From an uncultured Acidobacteriota bacterium (GTDB lineage Bacteria > Acidobacteriota > Vicinamibacteria > Vicinamibacterales > UBA8438): DNA of 64,000 nucleotides. The stretch is taken from positions 45,465 through 109,464 of the forward strand of contig CAJWLU010000006.1 in the NCBI GenBank assembly GCA_913043225.1, written 5' to 3'. Every line of letters starts with the position of its first letter. Position 1 is the stretch's first letter. The notes beneath the pieces are model-generated. The model did no database searches. It was not told the DNA's origin and saw only the letters and a program-made list of their open reading frames with translations. The position numbers and the translations under genes are program-made. This document shows positions 51,539 to 59,295 of this stretch, piece after piece.

Positions 51539-51606
51539 CCCCCGCCTGGCACCGGTCTCCGATGAACGAGCAGGCTAGGAACGCACCGGCCTGCCGGGCG
51601 CGCACG

Positions 51607-51664
51607 GCCAAACCTACAGAGCGAGGTTTGGCTTAAGCCAACGCATTGATTCGCTGGCGTTGGC
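51607..51664. terminator. Two consecutive perfect hairpins between convergent genes
   Basis: GCCAAACCT (51607-51615) pairs with AGGTTTGGC (51624-51632). GCCAACGC (51637-51644) pairs with GCGTTGGC (51657-51664). A G8 run (51672-51679) and a GGGC-cgaa-GCCC mini-hairpin follow. No clear U-tracts. Confidence 0.45.
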
Positions 51665-51695
51665 ACGCCGCGGGGGGGGTGGGCCGAAGCCCCAT

Positions 51696-52646
51696 CTAAT
51701 CTAGGAGCCCGCTCACGTCGTAGGCGCCGAGCGAGCTCTGGAACAGGTGCGGCACGATCACGTGCCCGCGCTCGCTGTCGTAGGCGTGGTCGGCAGCCAC
51801 GCTGTCGCCAAAGTTCATGATCACGCGAACGTCGCCGGCGCCGCTGACGTGCACGACCTCTCCCGCCATGACGTTGGTCAGGATGTAGCCGCCCTGGCCG
51901 TCGAGCTCAATCCCGTCGATGGTGCCGATCGGCTCGTTCGACAACACCGTCTTCTCGCCGCTGGCGAGATCGAGCGCGAACAGCTGACCTGGCGCGCTGT
52001 CGGGAGCGGCCGCCTGCCGCATCGAGCCCACCAGCAGCCGGTCGCCGTCAACCAGCACACCGTTCGGCGCTTCAACCACGTCGCCTTCGGCGAACACCGA
52101 GGCCTCGCCATCGGCGATGGCGTAGATCTTGAGGCCGTTGCTGTCTGACACGTAGACGGTGCCGTCAGGTCCGGTGGCGACGTCGTTCAGGAACTCGGCG
52201 CCTTCGACGGCGATCCGCGAGGTGACCTCAGCGGTTTCGATGTCGATGCCGATGACCTCATCCAGGTCGGCCACCCAGAGCGTCCCATCGTGCGCTCGAA
52301 GGCCCTTGGGGGCATTGAAGCCCGTAGCCCACATGGCGTCGACGACCTCGCCCTCGGGGGTTAGACGCGCAATATGCCCGTTGCCGTCACGGCCGCCGGG
52401 CTCGCCGTCGATTAGCGACACAAAGAGCGCACCGGACTCCCCGTGGAGATAGGCGCTTTCTGGCTGGGCCATTCCCTCGTCAAGGAACCACATCGGGGTG
52501 GCTGGCGCGGCGGTTAGCGCCTCAGCCTCGGAGGCTTCAGGCGCGGGAGTCGGCTCGGCTTCCTCCACGGGAGTAGCGGAGCAGGCCAGAGAGAAGGTGG
52601 CTAGCAGGGTGAGAGCAGGAAAATGGAGCGTGCGATTTCGATTCAT
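51696..52646 (-). CDS. SMP-30/gluconolactonase/LRE-like beta-propeller lipoprotein
   Basis: ORF 51696-52886(-). ATG 52646 gives MNRNRTLHFPALTLLATFSLAC. Blades such as FNAPKGLRAHDGTLWVADL, FLNDVATGPDGTVYVSDS, APNGVLVDGDRLLVG. Confidence 0.6.
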   Translation of the reverse strand: MNRNRTLHFPALTLLATFSLACSATPVEEAEPTPAPEASEAEALTAAPATPMWFLDEGMAQPESAYLHGESGALFVSLIDGEPGGRDGNGHIARLTPEGEVVDAMWATGFNAPKGLRAHDGTLWVADLDEVIGIDIETAEVTSRIAVEGAEFLNDVATGPDGTVYVSDSNGLKIYAIADGEASVFAEGDVVEAPNGVLVDGDRLLVGSMRQAAAPDSAPGQLFALDLASGEKTVLSNEPIGTIDGIELDGQGGYILTNVMAGEVVHVSGAGDVRVIMNFGDSVAADHAYDSERGHVIVPHLFQSSLGAYDVSGLLD

Positions 52647-52659
52647 TATTGTATTGTAG

Positions 52660-52680
52660 TGAGACTGAGTCTCAGTCTCA
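52660..52680. promoter_or_regulatory. Perfect 21-bp palindrome (10-bp arms), candidate operator
   Basis: TGAGACTGAG-T-CTCAGTCTCA, checked base by base. It lies in the most AT-rich stretch of the window, between a minus-strand TATAAT (52683-52688) and ATG 52646. Confidence 0.5.
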
Positions 52681-52682
52681 AT

Positions 52683-52688
52683 ATTATA
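52683..52688 (-). promoter_or_regulatory. Candidate -10 box TATAAT (minus strand)
   Basis: The minus strand reads GTTATAAT-AT-[palindrome]-CTACAATACAATA-ATG. The hexamer overlaps the TAA stop of the upstream gene (52684-52686) and lies 36 nt before ATG 52646. Confidence 0.45.
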
Positions 52689-53931
52689 ACCCTTTAGGAA
52701 TCCAGTAATGCGTCGTCCCGGCGTCGACCACCTTGCGACCGCCGGCGGCGAAGATGGCTTGCTCTGAAACGGCGATGATCCGGTCGATGATCTCGTTGAT
52801 CGGGGTCTGCACCGGGATCTCGTCCCGGGAGAAGTTGACGTAGGAGTTGTTGAACGGCGTGTCCCAGGTGCCCGGGCCCAGGTCATGCGTGAACCGGTGC
52901 GGGATGGTGGAGCCGCCCTTGAGCACGCCGATGAGACCGGCCACCGTCGCTGCCTGGTTGTCGCAGTCGTAGCCGGCGGAGACCGCGATGCCGACGGAGC
53001 GCTCGAAGTCGCCCTCGCCGTACAGGATGGCCATGATGCCCGTCAGGCCGTTGTTGAGCGAGGACACGACCGAGACCGGCGCCTCGTAATCCCCCTTTGT
53101 GTAGCGGTAGTACTTGTCGTGAATCAGCTGGCGGGTGTCACGCCAGTCCGGATTCTCCTGCCACCAGCGGAGCACGTCGTGCATCCCTTCGGTGAAGGGG
53201 CTATCGACGGGGAGCACGTCGAGTGCCATGCGGACCAGCGCCTCGGTGTCCTGCTCGTAGAACGCCGCGCTGTACATCAGGCCGTAGGCGATGGTCGGGT
53301 GCGTGCCCCAGTCGTCGTTGGTGATCCGCGCGCCCCACTCGGCCTGTTCAGCCGCCTTGGTCGGCATTGCGGGGTAGAACACGCTCCAGATCTCGTTGAC
53401 GAGCTGCGGGTCGATCTGAAACCAGTTCTCATTGTTCTCCTTAGCCCCGGTCGCTGGTGGTACCAGACCTTCGTCCATCAGGGTGCGGGCGGTCCGGTTC
53501 GCCACCCAGATGCGGCGGTTGATATGGCGCATCCAGGCCTGCCCGATCTCCTCGTAGGTGATGTCGAGTCCATGTTCTTCGACCGCATGCAGCGTGACGA
53601 ACTCGATATCGGTGTCGTCGTCCGACCAAGCGCCGCCAAACGTCCCGGCGAAAAGGTGCGTGTTCCCCCGCAGGTCGTTCCCGTTGATCTCGAGGTCGCC
53701 GCTGTTGGCGGTGGTGTAGTACCGGTCGACGAGGACAGGAATCGGTTCCTCGACATACAGGTTCTCGAAAGGGAAACCCAGATAGTTGCCGACGAGCTGG
53801 CCGTGCCAGAAGCCTTCGATCTTCTCGCGGAACTCGTCGGTGGAGATGACGTGGTGGTCGTCCTGTGCGGCGGCGGGTACCGCGGCAAGGAGGCTGGGCA
53901 GTAGGACAAGGCCGAGGCAACGGGCGTGCAT
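52684..53931 (-). CDS. ADP-ribosylglycohydrolase-family protein with signal peptide
   Basis: ORF 52684-53958(-). ATG 53931 is preceded by AGGAG. Leader MHARCLGLVLLPSLLAAVPAAAQ. GAWSDDDTDIEF and SAGYDCDNQAATVAGLIGVLKG are typical of the ARH/DraG fold. Confidence 0.75.
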   Translation of the reverse strand: MHARCLGLVLLPSLLAAVPAAAQDDHHVISTDEFREKIEGFWHGQLVGNYLGFPFENLYVEEPIPVLVDRYYTTANSGDLEINGNDLRGNTHLFAGTFGGAWSDDDTDIEFVTLHAVEEHGLDITYEEIGQAWMRHINRRIWVANRTARTLMDEGLVPPATGAKENNENWFQIDPQLVNEIWSVFYPAMPTKAAEQAEWGARITNDDWGTHPTIAYGLMYSAAFYEQDTEALVRMALDVLPVDSPFTEGMHDVLRWWQENPDWRDTRQLIHDKYYRYTKGDYEAPVSVVSSLNNGLTGIMAILYGEGDFERSVGIAVSAGYDCDNQAATVAGLIGVLKGGSTIPHRFTHDLGPGTWDTPFNNSYVNFSRDEIPVQTPINEIIDRIIAVSEQAIFAAGGRKVVDAGTTHYWIPKGL

Positions 53932-53991
53932 CTGGGACTCCTGCTGATGGTCGAGCAAAACGGTGATTGTATGTCGAACGGGGGGGCGCGG

Positions 53992-54837
53992 TCAGCCGCG
54001 GCGGCCCGCCAGGACGCGCAGCACCGTGGCGGCCAGGATAAGGAAGGAGCCGGCCAGTGACCACGGATCTGGCTGCTCGCCATGGAACAGCCAGGCCCAG
54101 AATGCGCTGGCGACCGGTTCCAGCAGCAGGAGCAGCGACGCCTCGAGCGCTGGCACGCTGCGCATGCCGCGGGTCATCAGGATGTAGGCCACGCCGATCT
54201 GGAAGACGCCGAGATACGCCATCAACCCCCAGTCGAACCAGTCAGTCTCCGCCACGGGAAATGCAAGCGGGAGGCACAGGATCGCCGCGATCAAATTGCC
54301 AGCGACGACAGCCTTGGCTCCGGCCAGGGGTGACGCAGCGTTTGCGCCCAGCCAGCGGAGTCCGAGGATAGTCAGGGCCCAGCTTAGCCCGGCGACGGCC
54401 CCCAGAAGGTTGCCTAGGCGCGGGTCGGTGGCAGTGGCCGTAGGGGGAGCCGCGCCGACGAAGAACAGCGCCATTCCGGCTGCCATTGCGAGGATGAGCC
54501 AGGCGTCCGAGCGCCGGAGCGGCTCCTTCAGAAGCCAGGGCCCGAAGACCAGCAGATACATCGGCGCCGTCGACTGGAGAAAGATTGTGTTAGCCGCCGT
54601 GGTCAGCTTGTTGGCTAGGACGAAGAGGGTGAGCGTCGAGGCGTAGGCAGCCCCGACGAGGAGCGTGCGTGGCGCCCAGATGCGACGGGCGCCAGAAACG
54701 GTCACCCAGAGGAAGGCGGCCGCGATGAGCGACCGGAAAGCCGTCACCTGCCAGCTGGTCAACGCGGTGGCCTTGATGATTGTTCCTCCTGTGGAGAACA
54801 GGAGGGCGGCGACCAGGATGCTCAGGCGAGGCGACAC
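53992..54837 (-). CDS. DMT-superfamily (EamA-like) transporter
   Basis: 281-aa ORF (GTG start), about 10 hydrophobic helices in two similar halves. Confidence 0.75.
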   Translation of the reverse strand: MSPRLSILVAALLFSTGGTIIKATALTSWQVTAFRSLIAAAFLWVTVSGARRIWAPRTLLVGAAYASTLTLFVLANKLTTAANTIFLQSTAPMYLLVFGPWLLKEPLRRSDAWLILAMAAGMALFFVGAAPPTATATDPRLGNLLGAVAGLSWALTILGLRWLGANAASPLAGAKAVVAGNLIAAILCLPLAFPVAETDWFDWGLMAYLGVFQIGVAYILMTRGMRSVPALEASLLLLLEPVASAFWAWLFHGEQPDPWSLAGSFLILAATVLRVLAGRRG

Positions 54838-54842
54838 GTGCG

Positions 54843-54848
54843 TATAAT
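54843..54848 (+). promoter_or_regulatory. Candidate -10 box TATAAT (context GCGTATAATCGCC)
   Basis: 31 nt upstream of GTG 54880, in the 42-nt divergent gap. Confidence 0.4.
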
Positions 54849-54879
54849 CGCCTGAAACGGTAATCGAGACGGAGGGGCT

Positions 54880-55380
54880 GTGACCGAGAAGCAGGCGATG
54901 ATCGGAGCCGTGGTGGGAGTCGCCCTGGTGGGTGGCATCGGGGGGTGGATGTTCACCGCCCCGTATCTCGGTAATACCGGACTCTCGCGGACGCCGGGTG
55001 TAATCATCGGGGGGACTGAGACGCCGGCTCCTGACGACTTCACTCCGCTCAACGATCTAGAGGGGCCGGTCATGATGAAGCTGGCTGGCTTTCCCCCCTT
55101 CGTCGTCTACCTGTCTTACGTCGGCACCCCGGAGATGGTGATCACGGCGACTCGTCCCGACGGTGGCTACTGGGCTGAGCGGGTGCGTACGGGCAGCGGC
55201 GACGGCTGGCTGCGTTTCGCCGGCGAAACCTATCCGATGCGGGCCACGGAGGTTATCGGCGACGCCCGGATCCCCTATCTTGAACAGTGGTCCGGTCGTT
55301 CCGGGATGCCTATGGACACACCGGTGGGCGGCCCGGATCCGCTCCGCGACTGGGAAGTCTTCCTGTGGCGAGCGCGCTAA
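54880..55380 (+). CDS. Hypothetical membrane-anchored protein
   Basis: 166-aa ORF (GTG start, GGAGGGG upstream). One N-terminal helix (AMIGAVVGVALVGGIGGWMF). No family recognised. Confidence 0.55.
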   Translation: MTEKQAMIGAVVGVALVGGIGGWMFTAPYLGNTGLSRTPGVIIGGTETPAPDDFTPLNDLEGPVMMKLAGFPPFVVYLSYVGTPEMVITATRPDGGYWAERVRTGSGDGWLRFAGETYPMRATEVIGDARIPYLEQWSGRSGMPMDTPVGGPDPLRDWEVFLWRAR

Positions 55381-55402
55381 CGCTTTCGGAGGCCTGCTCA
55401 AA

Positions 55403-55700
55403 CTAGTGCTGGCGTGCCTCTGCCCGAACTCTAGCCAGGCTGCTGTAGAGGCCGTAATTCCCCTCGTCGTACGCATACTCGAAGGTCGCGCGCCAACGAT
55501 GTGCGCCCGTCTACACCTGTAGACACGTCCATCAACGACTGTGGGTGTAGGCCCATATTGGCTGAGGCGTCCTGGTAGCTTTTCGTCCAGGTGTGATCTT
55601 GCGTGGTCTGTTGTGATCCTCGGATGGGCACTCCGACTGGTACCTCCCGCAAGAATGGCACGGGTGCGCTCGTTGCAGTGTGCCTAAAGAATCCCCGTGG
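55403..55700 (-). pseudogene. Decayed C-terminal fragment of a fifth EYACHEGNYG-family gene
   Basis: Minus strand 55483-55403 reads FEYAYDEGNYGLYSSLARVRAEARQH*. Compare the P4 end FEYACHEGNYGLYNILAGAQAEARQQ*. An in-frame TAG (55511-55513) lies 9 codons upstream. A different frame further upstream reads ..TTQDHTWTKSYQDASANMG.., matching P1 TVADPHTWITPWTGSSPW. Confidence 0.6.
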
Positions 55701-55743
55701 TTTGGGTCTGGCCCGCATGGCGTGGTCGCGGTCACGCCGGCTG

Positions 55744-57771
55744 CTATTCGACGACCAGTTGACCGATGGTCCACGGGTGCTCGGTGCAGACGTACTCGTG
55801 CTCGCCTGCCGTCTCGATGACGACGGAACCGGAAGCGCCTGCCGCGATAGGCCCGGTCGTCCACGAGCCATCGCGCGCCGAGATGGTGTGGGTCAGATCG
55901 GTCGGGTTGGTCCAGGTGACGGTCGCTCCCCTAGCCACCGACGCTCGCATCGGCGTCAATCCGTATGGATCGTGCCATTCATCGTTGCGGCCTGTGTTCT
56001 GGTTGCTCTGTGTGGTCAGCCGCTTTAGCTCGATGCTGTTCGTAGCGTCGACAGGGCCCTGGTGTGGGAAGACGGTGAACGGAGGCTCCTGGGCCGGGCG
56101 TGGCCCAATCGTCCCGTCGAGTCTGAATGCCCACACCGAGCGGTTCATCGTGAGCGCGACATACTGTACGCCGTCGATCTGGTAGGTGGTGACCGGTCCG
56201 CCTCCGTGGCCGTTCGAGCCGAAGATCCCGGTCTGCCCGGTCTGGAACTGCCACAGCAGATCGCCGGTCCGCTGATCATAGGCGCCCAGGTTTCCGTCAG
56301 GCTCGGTGTGGAACATAAGGCCGCTGGCCGTCGTCATGGCGCCGCTGCTATTGCAGTCCGAGTAAGGGACGCGGTGCTCCCAGGCCAGCGTGTTCGTACG
56401 ACTGTCGAGCGCCACGTGCAGACCATGCTGGGTCAGTCCAGGCGCGCGGACGGTGGTATTGGTGAAGAACCATCCGTTCTCGGGCCGCTTGATCCAGCGG
56501 GGATACACGCAGGCCATCCCGTAGAAGTAGCCGGTCACGGGACTGTAGGACATCGGGGCGAACCGCATGGTCATGTAGGGAATGAACATATTCGGCAGCT
56601 CGGGCGGGATCGGGTCGTAGTAGCAGCCGGCGCGGAATCCGTCTGGGATCATGTCCGGATCTACGCACTCCTGACCGACCTTGTCCGCCCCGACTGGGAA
56701 CGGCTGGGTGGGTGAGGTGTTCAGGAAAGAGTTTTGAGGGACCGGCCTCTCTTCGATGGGGAAGATCGGCTCGCCGGTCTTCGCGTCGAACATGAAGAGG
56801 TAGCCATCGGTGCGCATCGCCGCGAGGGCTCGTGTTGTTTCTCCCTCCACCATCGCGTCGTAGACGATTAGCGGGGTTGCCATGTCGTGCTCCCACATGT
56901 CGTGGTGCACGAGCTGCTGATGCCACCGGTACTCGCCCGTCTGCAGGTCGAGCGCGATGACCGAAGAGGTGAACAGGTTATCGCCCGGGCGCAGCTCGCC
57001 GCCCCACATCGGCACTGCGTTTCCGGACCCGACGTAGAACATGCCCAGATCCGCGTCGACCGTCGGGGTCATCCACACCCCGCCGCCTCCAAATCTCCAG
57101 ACATCGCTGTCTACCGGCCAGCTGTCAGCCCCAAGCTCTCCCGGCTCGGGAACGACCTCGAACGTCCAGCGTCTCTCTCCGGTGCGGGCATCGACCGCAG
57201 CAATACGTCCACGCAGATAGCTGTCGCCGTTCGCCATGCCGGTGATAACCAGGCCGTCGGCATACGTGGACGGTGACGAGATCCACTGACCCCACTGTCC
57301 GTCCACTCCGACGAGGTGTTCCCACGCGAGCTCGCCGGTCTCTTGGTCGAGCGCGATCAGTCGGGAGTCGTTAAGGCCCGCAAACACCAGCCCGGCCCCG
57401 AGCGCGACACCTTTGTTCATCCGCCCGATCGGCGCTTCGTGACGCCACCGTTCTTCCCCTGTGGTCGCGTCCAGTGCCCGGATGCTGCTTCCGGTTTGGA
57501 GAAATACCAGACCGTTCCGCATGACCAGCGCCGACCGCGACGCCTCGCCCCGGTCCAGGTCAGCCACCCAAGCACCTCGGAGCCGATCGACATTCTCGGT
57601 TGTGATTTGGGTCAGGGTCGAATGCCGAGTCTGGCCGAAGTGTCCACCAGGCAAAGGCCACTCTTCCGCCGGATAGGCCTGCCAGTTCTCGTTCTGGGCG
57701 GTTGCCCCCCCAGCTGCGGCGAGACAGAGCACGAGAAGCACCAGGGACAGTCGTTGAAATGTCATGGTCAC
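55744..57771 (-). CDS. PQQ-dependent dehydrogenase fused to C-terminal amicyanin-like cupredoxin domain, PQQ-6
   Basis: 675-aa ORF, starting at GTG 57771 or at ATG 57765 (preceded by GAGG). Signal peptide (LSLVLLVLCLAAAGGATAQ). Clearly paralogous to PQQ-4 by eye. C-terminus GATVTWTNPTDLTHTISARDG...GEHEYVCTEHPWTIGQLVVE*. Confidence 0.9.
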   Translation of the reverse strand: MTMTFQRLSLVLLVLCLAAAGGATAQNENWQAYPAEEWPLPGGHFGQTRHSTLTQITTENVDRLRGAWVADLDRGEASRSALVMRNGLVFLQTGSSIRALDATTGEERWRHEAPIGRMNKGVALGAGLVFAGLNDSRLIALDQETGELAWEHLVGVDGQWGQWISSPSTYADGLVITGMANGDSYLRGRIAAVDARTGERRWTFEVVPEPGELGADSWPVDSDVWRFGGGGVWMTPTVDADLGMFYVGSGNAVPMWGGELRPGDNLFTSSVIALDLQTGEYRWHQQLVHHDMWEHDMATPLIVYDAMVEGETTRALAAMRTDGYLFMFDAKTGEPIFPIEERPVPQNSFLNTSPTQPFPVGADKVGQECVDPDMIPDGFRAGCYYDPIPPELPNMFIPYMTMRFAPMSYSPVTGYFYGMACVYPRWIKRPENGWFFTNTTVRAPGLTQHGLHVALDSRTNTLAWEHRVPYSDCNSSGAMTTASGLMFHTEPDGNLGAYDQRTGDLLWQFQTGQTGIFGSNGHGGGPVTTYQIDGVQYVALTMNRSVWAFRLDGTIGPRPAQEPPFTVFPHQGPVDATNSIELKRLTTQSNQNTGRNDEWHDPYGLTPMRASVARGATVTWTNPTDLTHTISARDGSWTTGPIAAGASGSVVIETAGEHEYVCTEHPWTIGQLVVE

Positions 57772-57777
57772 CTCGCG

Positions 57778-57807
57778 AGACTATCGACCGTTCGCGACCG
57801 ATGTCAA
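57778..57807 (-). promoter_or_regulatory. Candidate promoter TTGACA-18 nt-TAGTCT
   Basis: The minus strand reads TTGACA (57807-57802), an 18-nt spacer, then TAGTCT (57783-57778). The -10 ends only 6-12 nt before the candidate start codons, implying a leaderless or very short leader. This conflicts with the GAGG Shine-Dalgarno-like sequence. Confidence 0.3.
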
Positions 57808-58010
57808 CGTGAGCACTCGCTAACTCGCCGACCAACTTATCCGGTCGGTTCGGATGGAGGGCTCCAGTAACGGCGTGACGACCTGCTCATGCGGGTGGAC
57901 GGCCGGCATCAGCGGTCGAGCGGGAACCGCCCGCTACCTCCCGCTGGGCTTCTACCTAAACGTCGCTGATTGGGATGCAGCGGCCTGGCGGGCGCGGCGC
58001 GGCGCGGCGA

Positions 58011-58985
58011 CTATTGCTGCCGCGCTTCGGCTTGGGCCCCAGCGAGGATGTTGTAGAGCCCGTAGTTTCCCTCATGGCAGGCGTATTCGAACAGCGTGTC
58101 TTCGGTCCGCGCCATCGTCATCTCCGCGCTCCACGGCTGGGTGAAGGCGGTGGGGTCGTTCACGGTGAACTCGTAGCGCAGTATTCCATCGTCAGGCCGG
58201 GTGAACCGCTCGATTAGGTGCATGTTGGGCCCGAGCGCTTCTAGACGCTCCATGTTCGGGGCCGGGTGCGCGGTGCCGATGTCGCGGAAATTGCGGGTCT
58301 CGACCACGAGGGTCTCGCCTTCCCACCGGCCGCGTGAGTCGCCGCGCCATTGCTGGATGTGCGGGGGGATGGGGTCGCGACCGTCGAGGGGAATCACCCG
58401 GACGTCGTTCACCATCTCGTTCATTACGACCACATAACCCGGGGCTTGGAAGATGTGGACGAGGTTGTTGTAGGCGCCAGGAATCATCGGCGGGCCAGAG
58501 TTAAAGCCCAGGATGCAGCGCTCGTCGATGTCACGGTCTTCGGGGCCCGCGTTGCGCTCGCGCGCCGCGGCGCGGGCCGCCCTGCGAGCTCGGCCCTCCG
58601 CGGTGTAGTCGGGGAGCTGCCCATTGGGCGGGTCGACGATGAGTGACGTGCGTCGCGTCCCGACTACCGCGCTACCTCGATCGAACCAGAACTGGTTGTA
58701 GGCGCCGGGATCGCCGGGTCGCGGGGCCACCTCGACCTGGGCGGCTGCGGCGCGCTGGGCCTCGAACTCGGCGGCTTGTTCGGCGGAGAGAAAGGCCTGA
58801 TCCCCTAGCGCAGCCGGTCGCAGGAGCGGGGTGACGGTGCCGAAGTCCCAGATGCCCTGGAGGTTGGGAGTGCCGTCCGACAGTCGGGGAGACGTGCCTT
58901 GGCCAGCGACGGGTGACGGTGTCAACTGGGCGGCGACGACAACGATGGCGAAAAGCGTAGCGGCGCGGGCACGATGCAGATTCAT
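58011..58985 (-). CDS. Exported protein of unknown function, EYACHEGNYG-motif family, paralog P4
   Basis: ORF 58011-59087(-). ATG 58985 is preceded by GGGAGGG. Signal peptide (AATLFAIVVVAAQLTPSPVAGQ). Family blocks are present and it ends ..FEYACHEGNYGLYNILAGAQAEARQQ. Confidence 0.85.
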   Translation of the reverse strand: MNLHRARAATLFAIVVVAAQLTPSPVAGQGTSPRLSDGTPNLQGIWDFGTVTPLLRPAALGDQAFLSAEQAAEFEAQRAAAAQVEVAPRPGDPGAYNQFWFDRGSAVVGTRRTSLIVDPPNGQLPDYTAEGRARRAARAAARERNAGPEDRDIDERCILGFNSGPPMIPGAYNNLVHIFQAPGYVVVMNEMVNDVRVIPLDGRDPIPPHIQQWRGDSRGRWEGETLVVETRNFRDIGTAHPAPNMERLEALGPNMHLIERFTRPDDGILRYEFTVNDPTAFTQPWSAEMTMARTEDTLFEYACHEGNYGLYNILAGAQAEARQQ

Positions 58986-59295
58986 CTGGCGAGTCCCTCC
59001 CTTTGAGCCTGTCCATACTAGCTGATCGTCCGGCAGAGCTCCCGAGATGTCCGGTGTGCGCAGTAGCGACGTGGTCGGCTTCTTCATCTCCAGCCGTTGC
59101 GTGAAGCAGCCAGGGGAATCTGAGGGAATTTGTGGGCCTGTAATTGAATGTCGGAAACGTCCTGAACCGTGGCAGCTTCATTGATTGCAGCGGGGCATGA
59201 CTTGCTCTTCGTTCAGTTGAGAGACGTCTTATCGTCTCGTCGGAGCACGCTACGCCTGCAGGTCAAGCTGTGAGAAAGTATGCAGCAAAGCAGCT

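Noticed and set aside
16493-53931. A functional ADP-ribosylation link between the zf-PARP protein (16493) and the ADP-ribosylglycohydrolase-family protein (52684).
   Set aside because: They are 36 kb apart on opposite strands. One is cytoplasmic and the other exported. No ADP-ribosyltransferase domain is present.
57991-58010. Tandem pentamer (GGCGC)x3+GGCGA immediately after the P4 stop codon.
   Set aside because: It is short and GC-rich, has no pairing partner or U-tract, and is consistent with chance or slippage in high-GC DNA.
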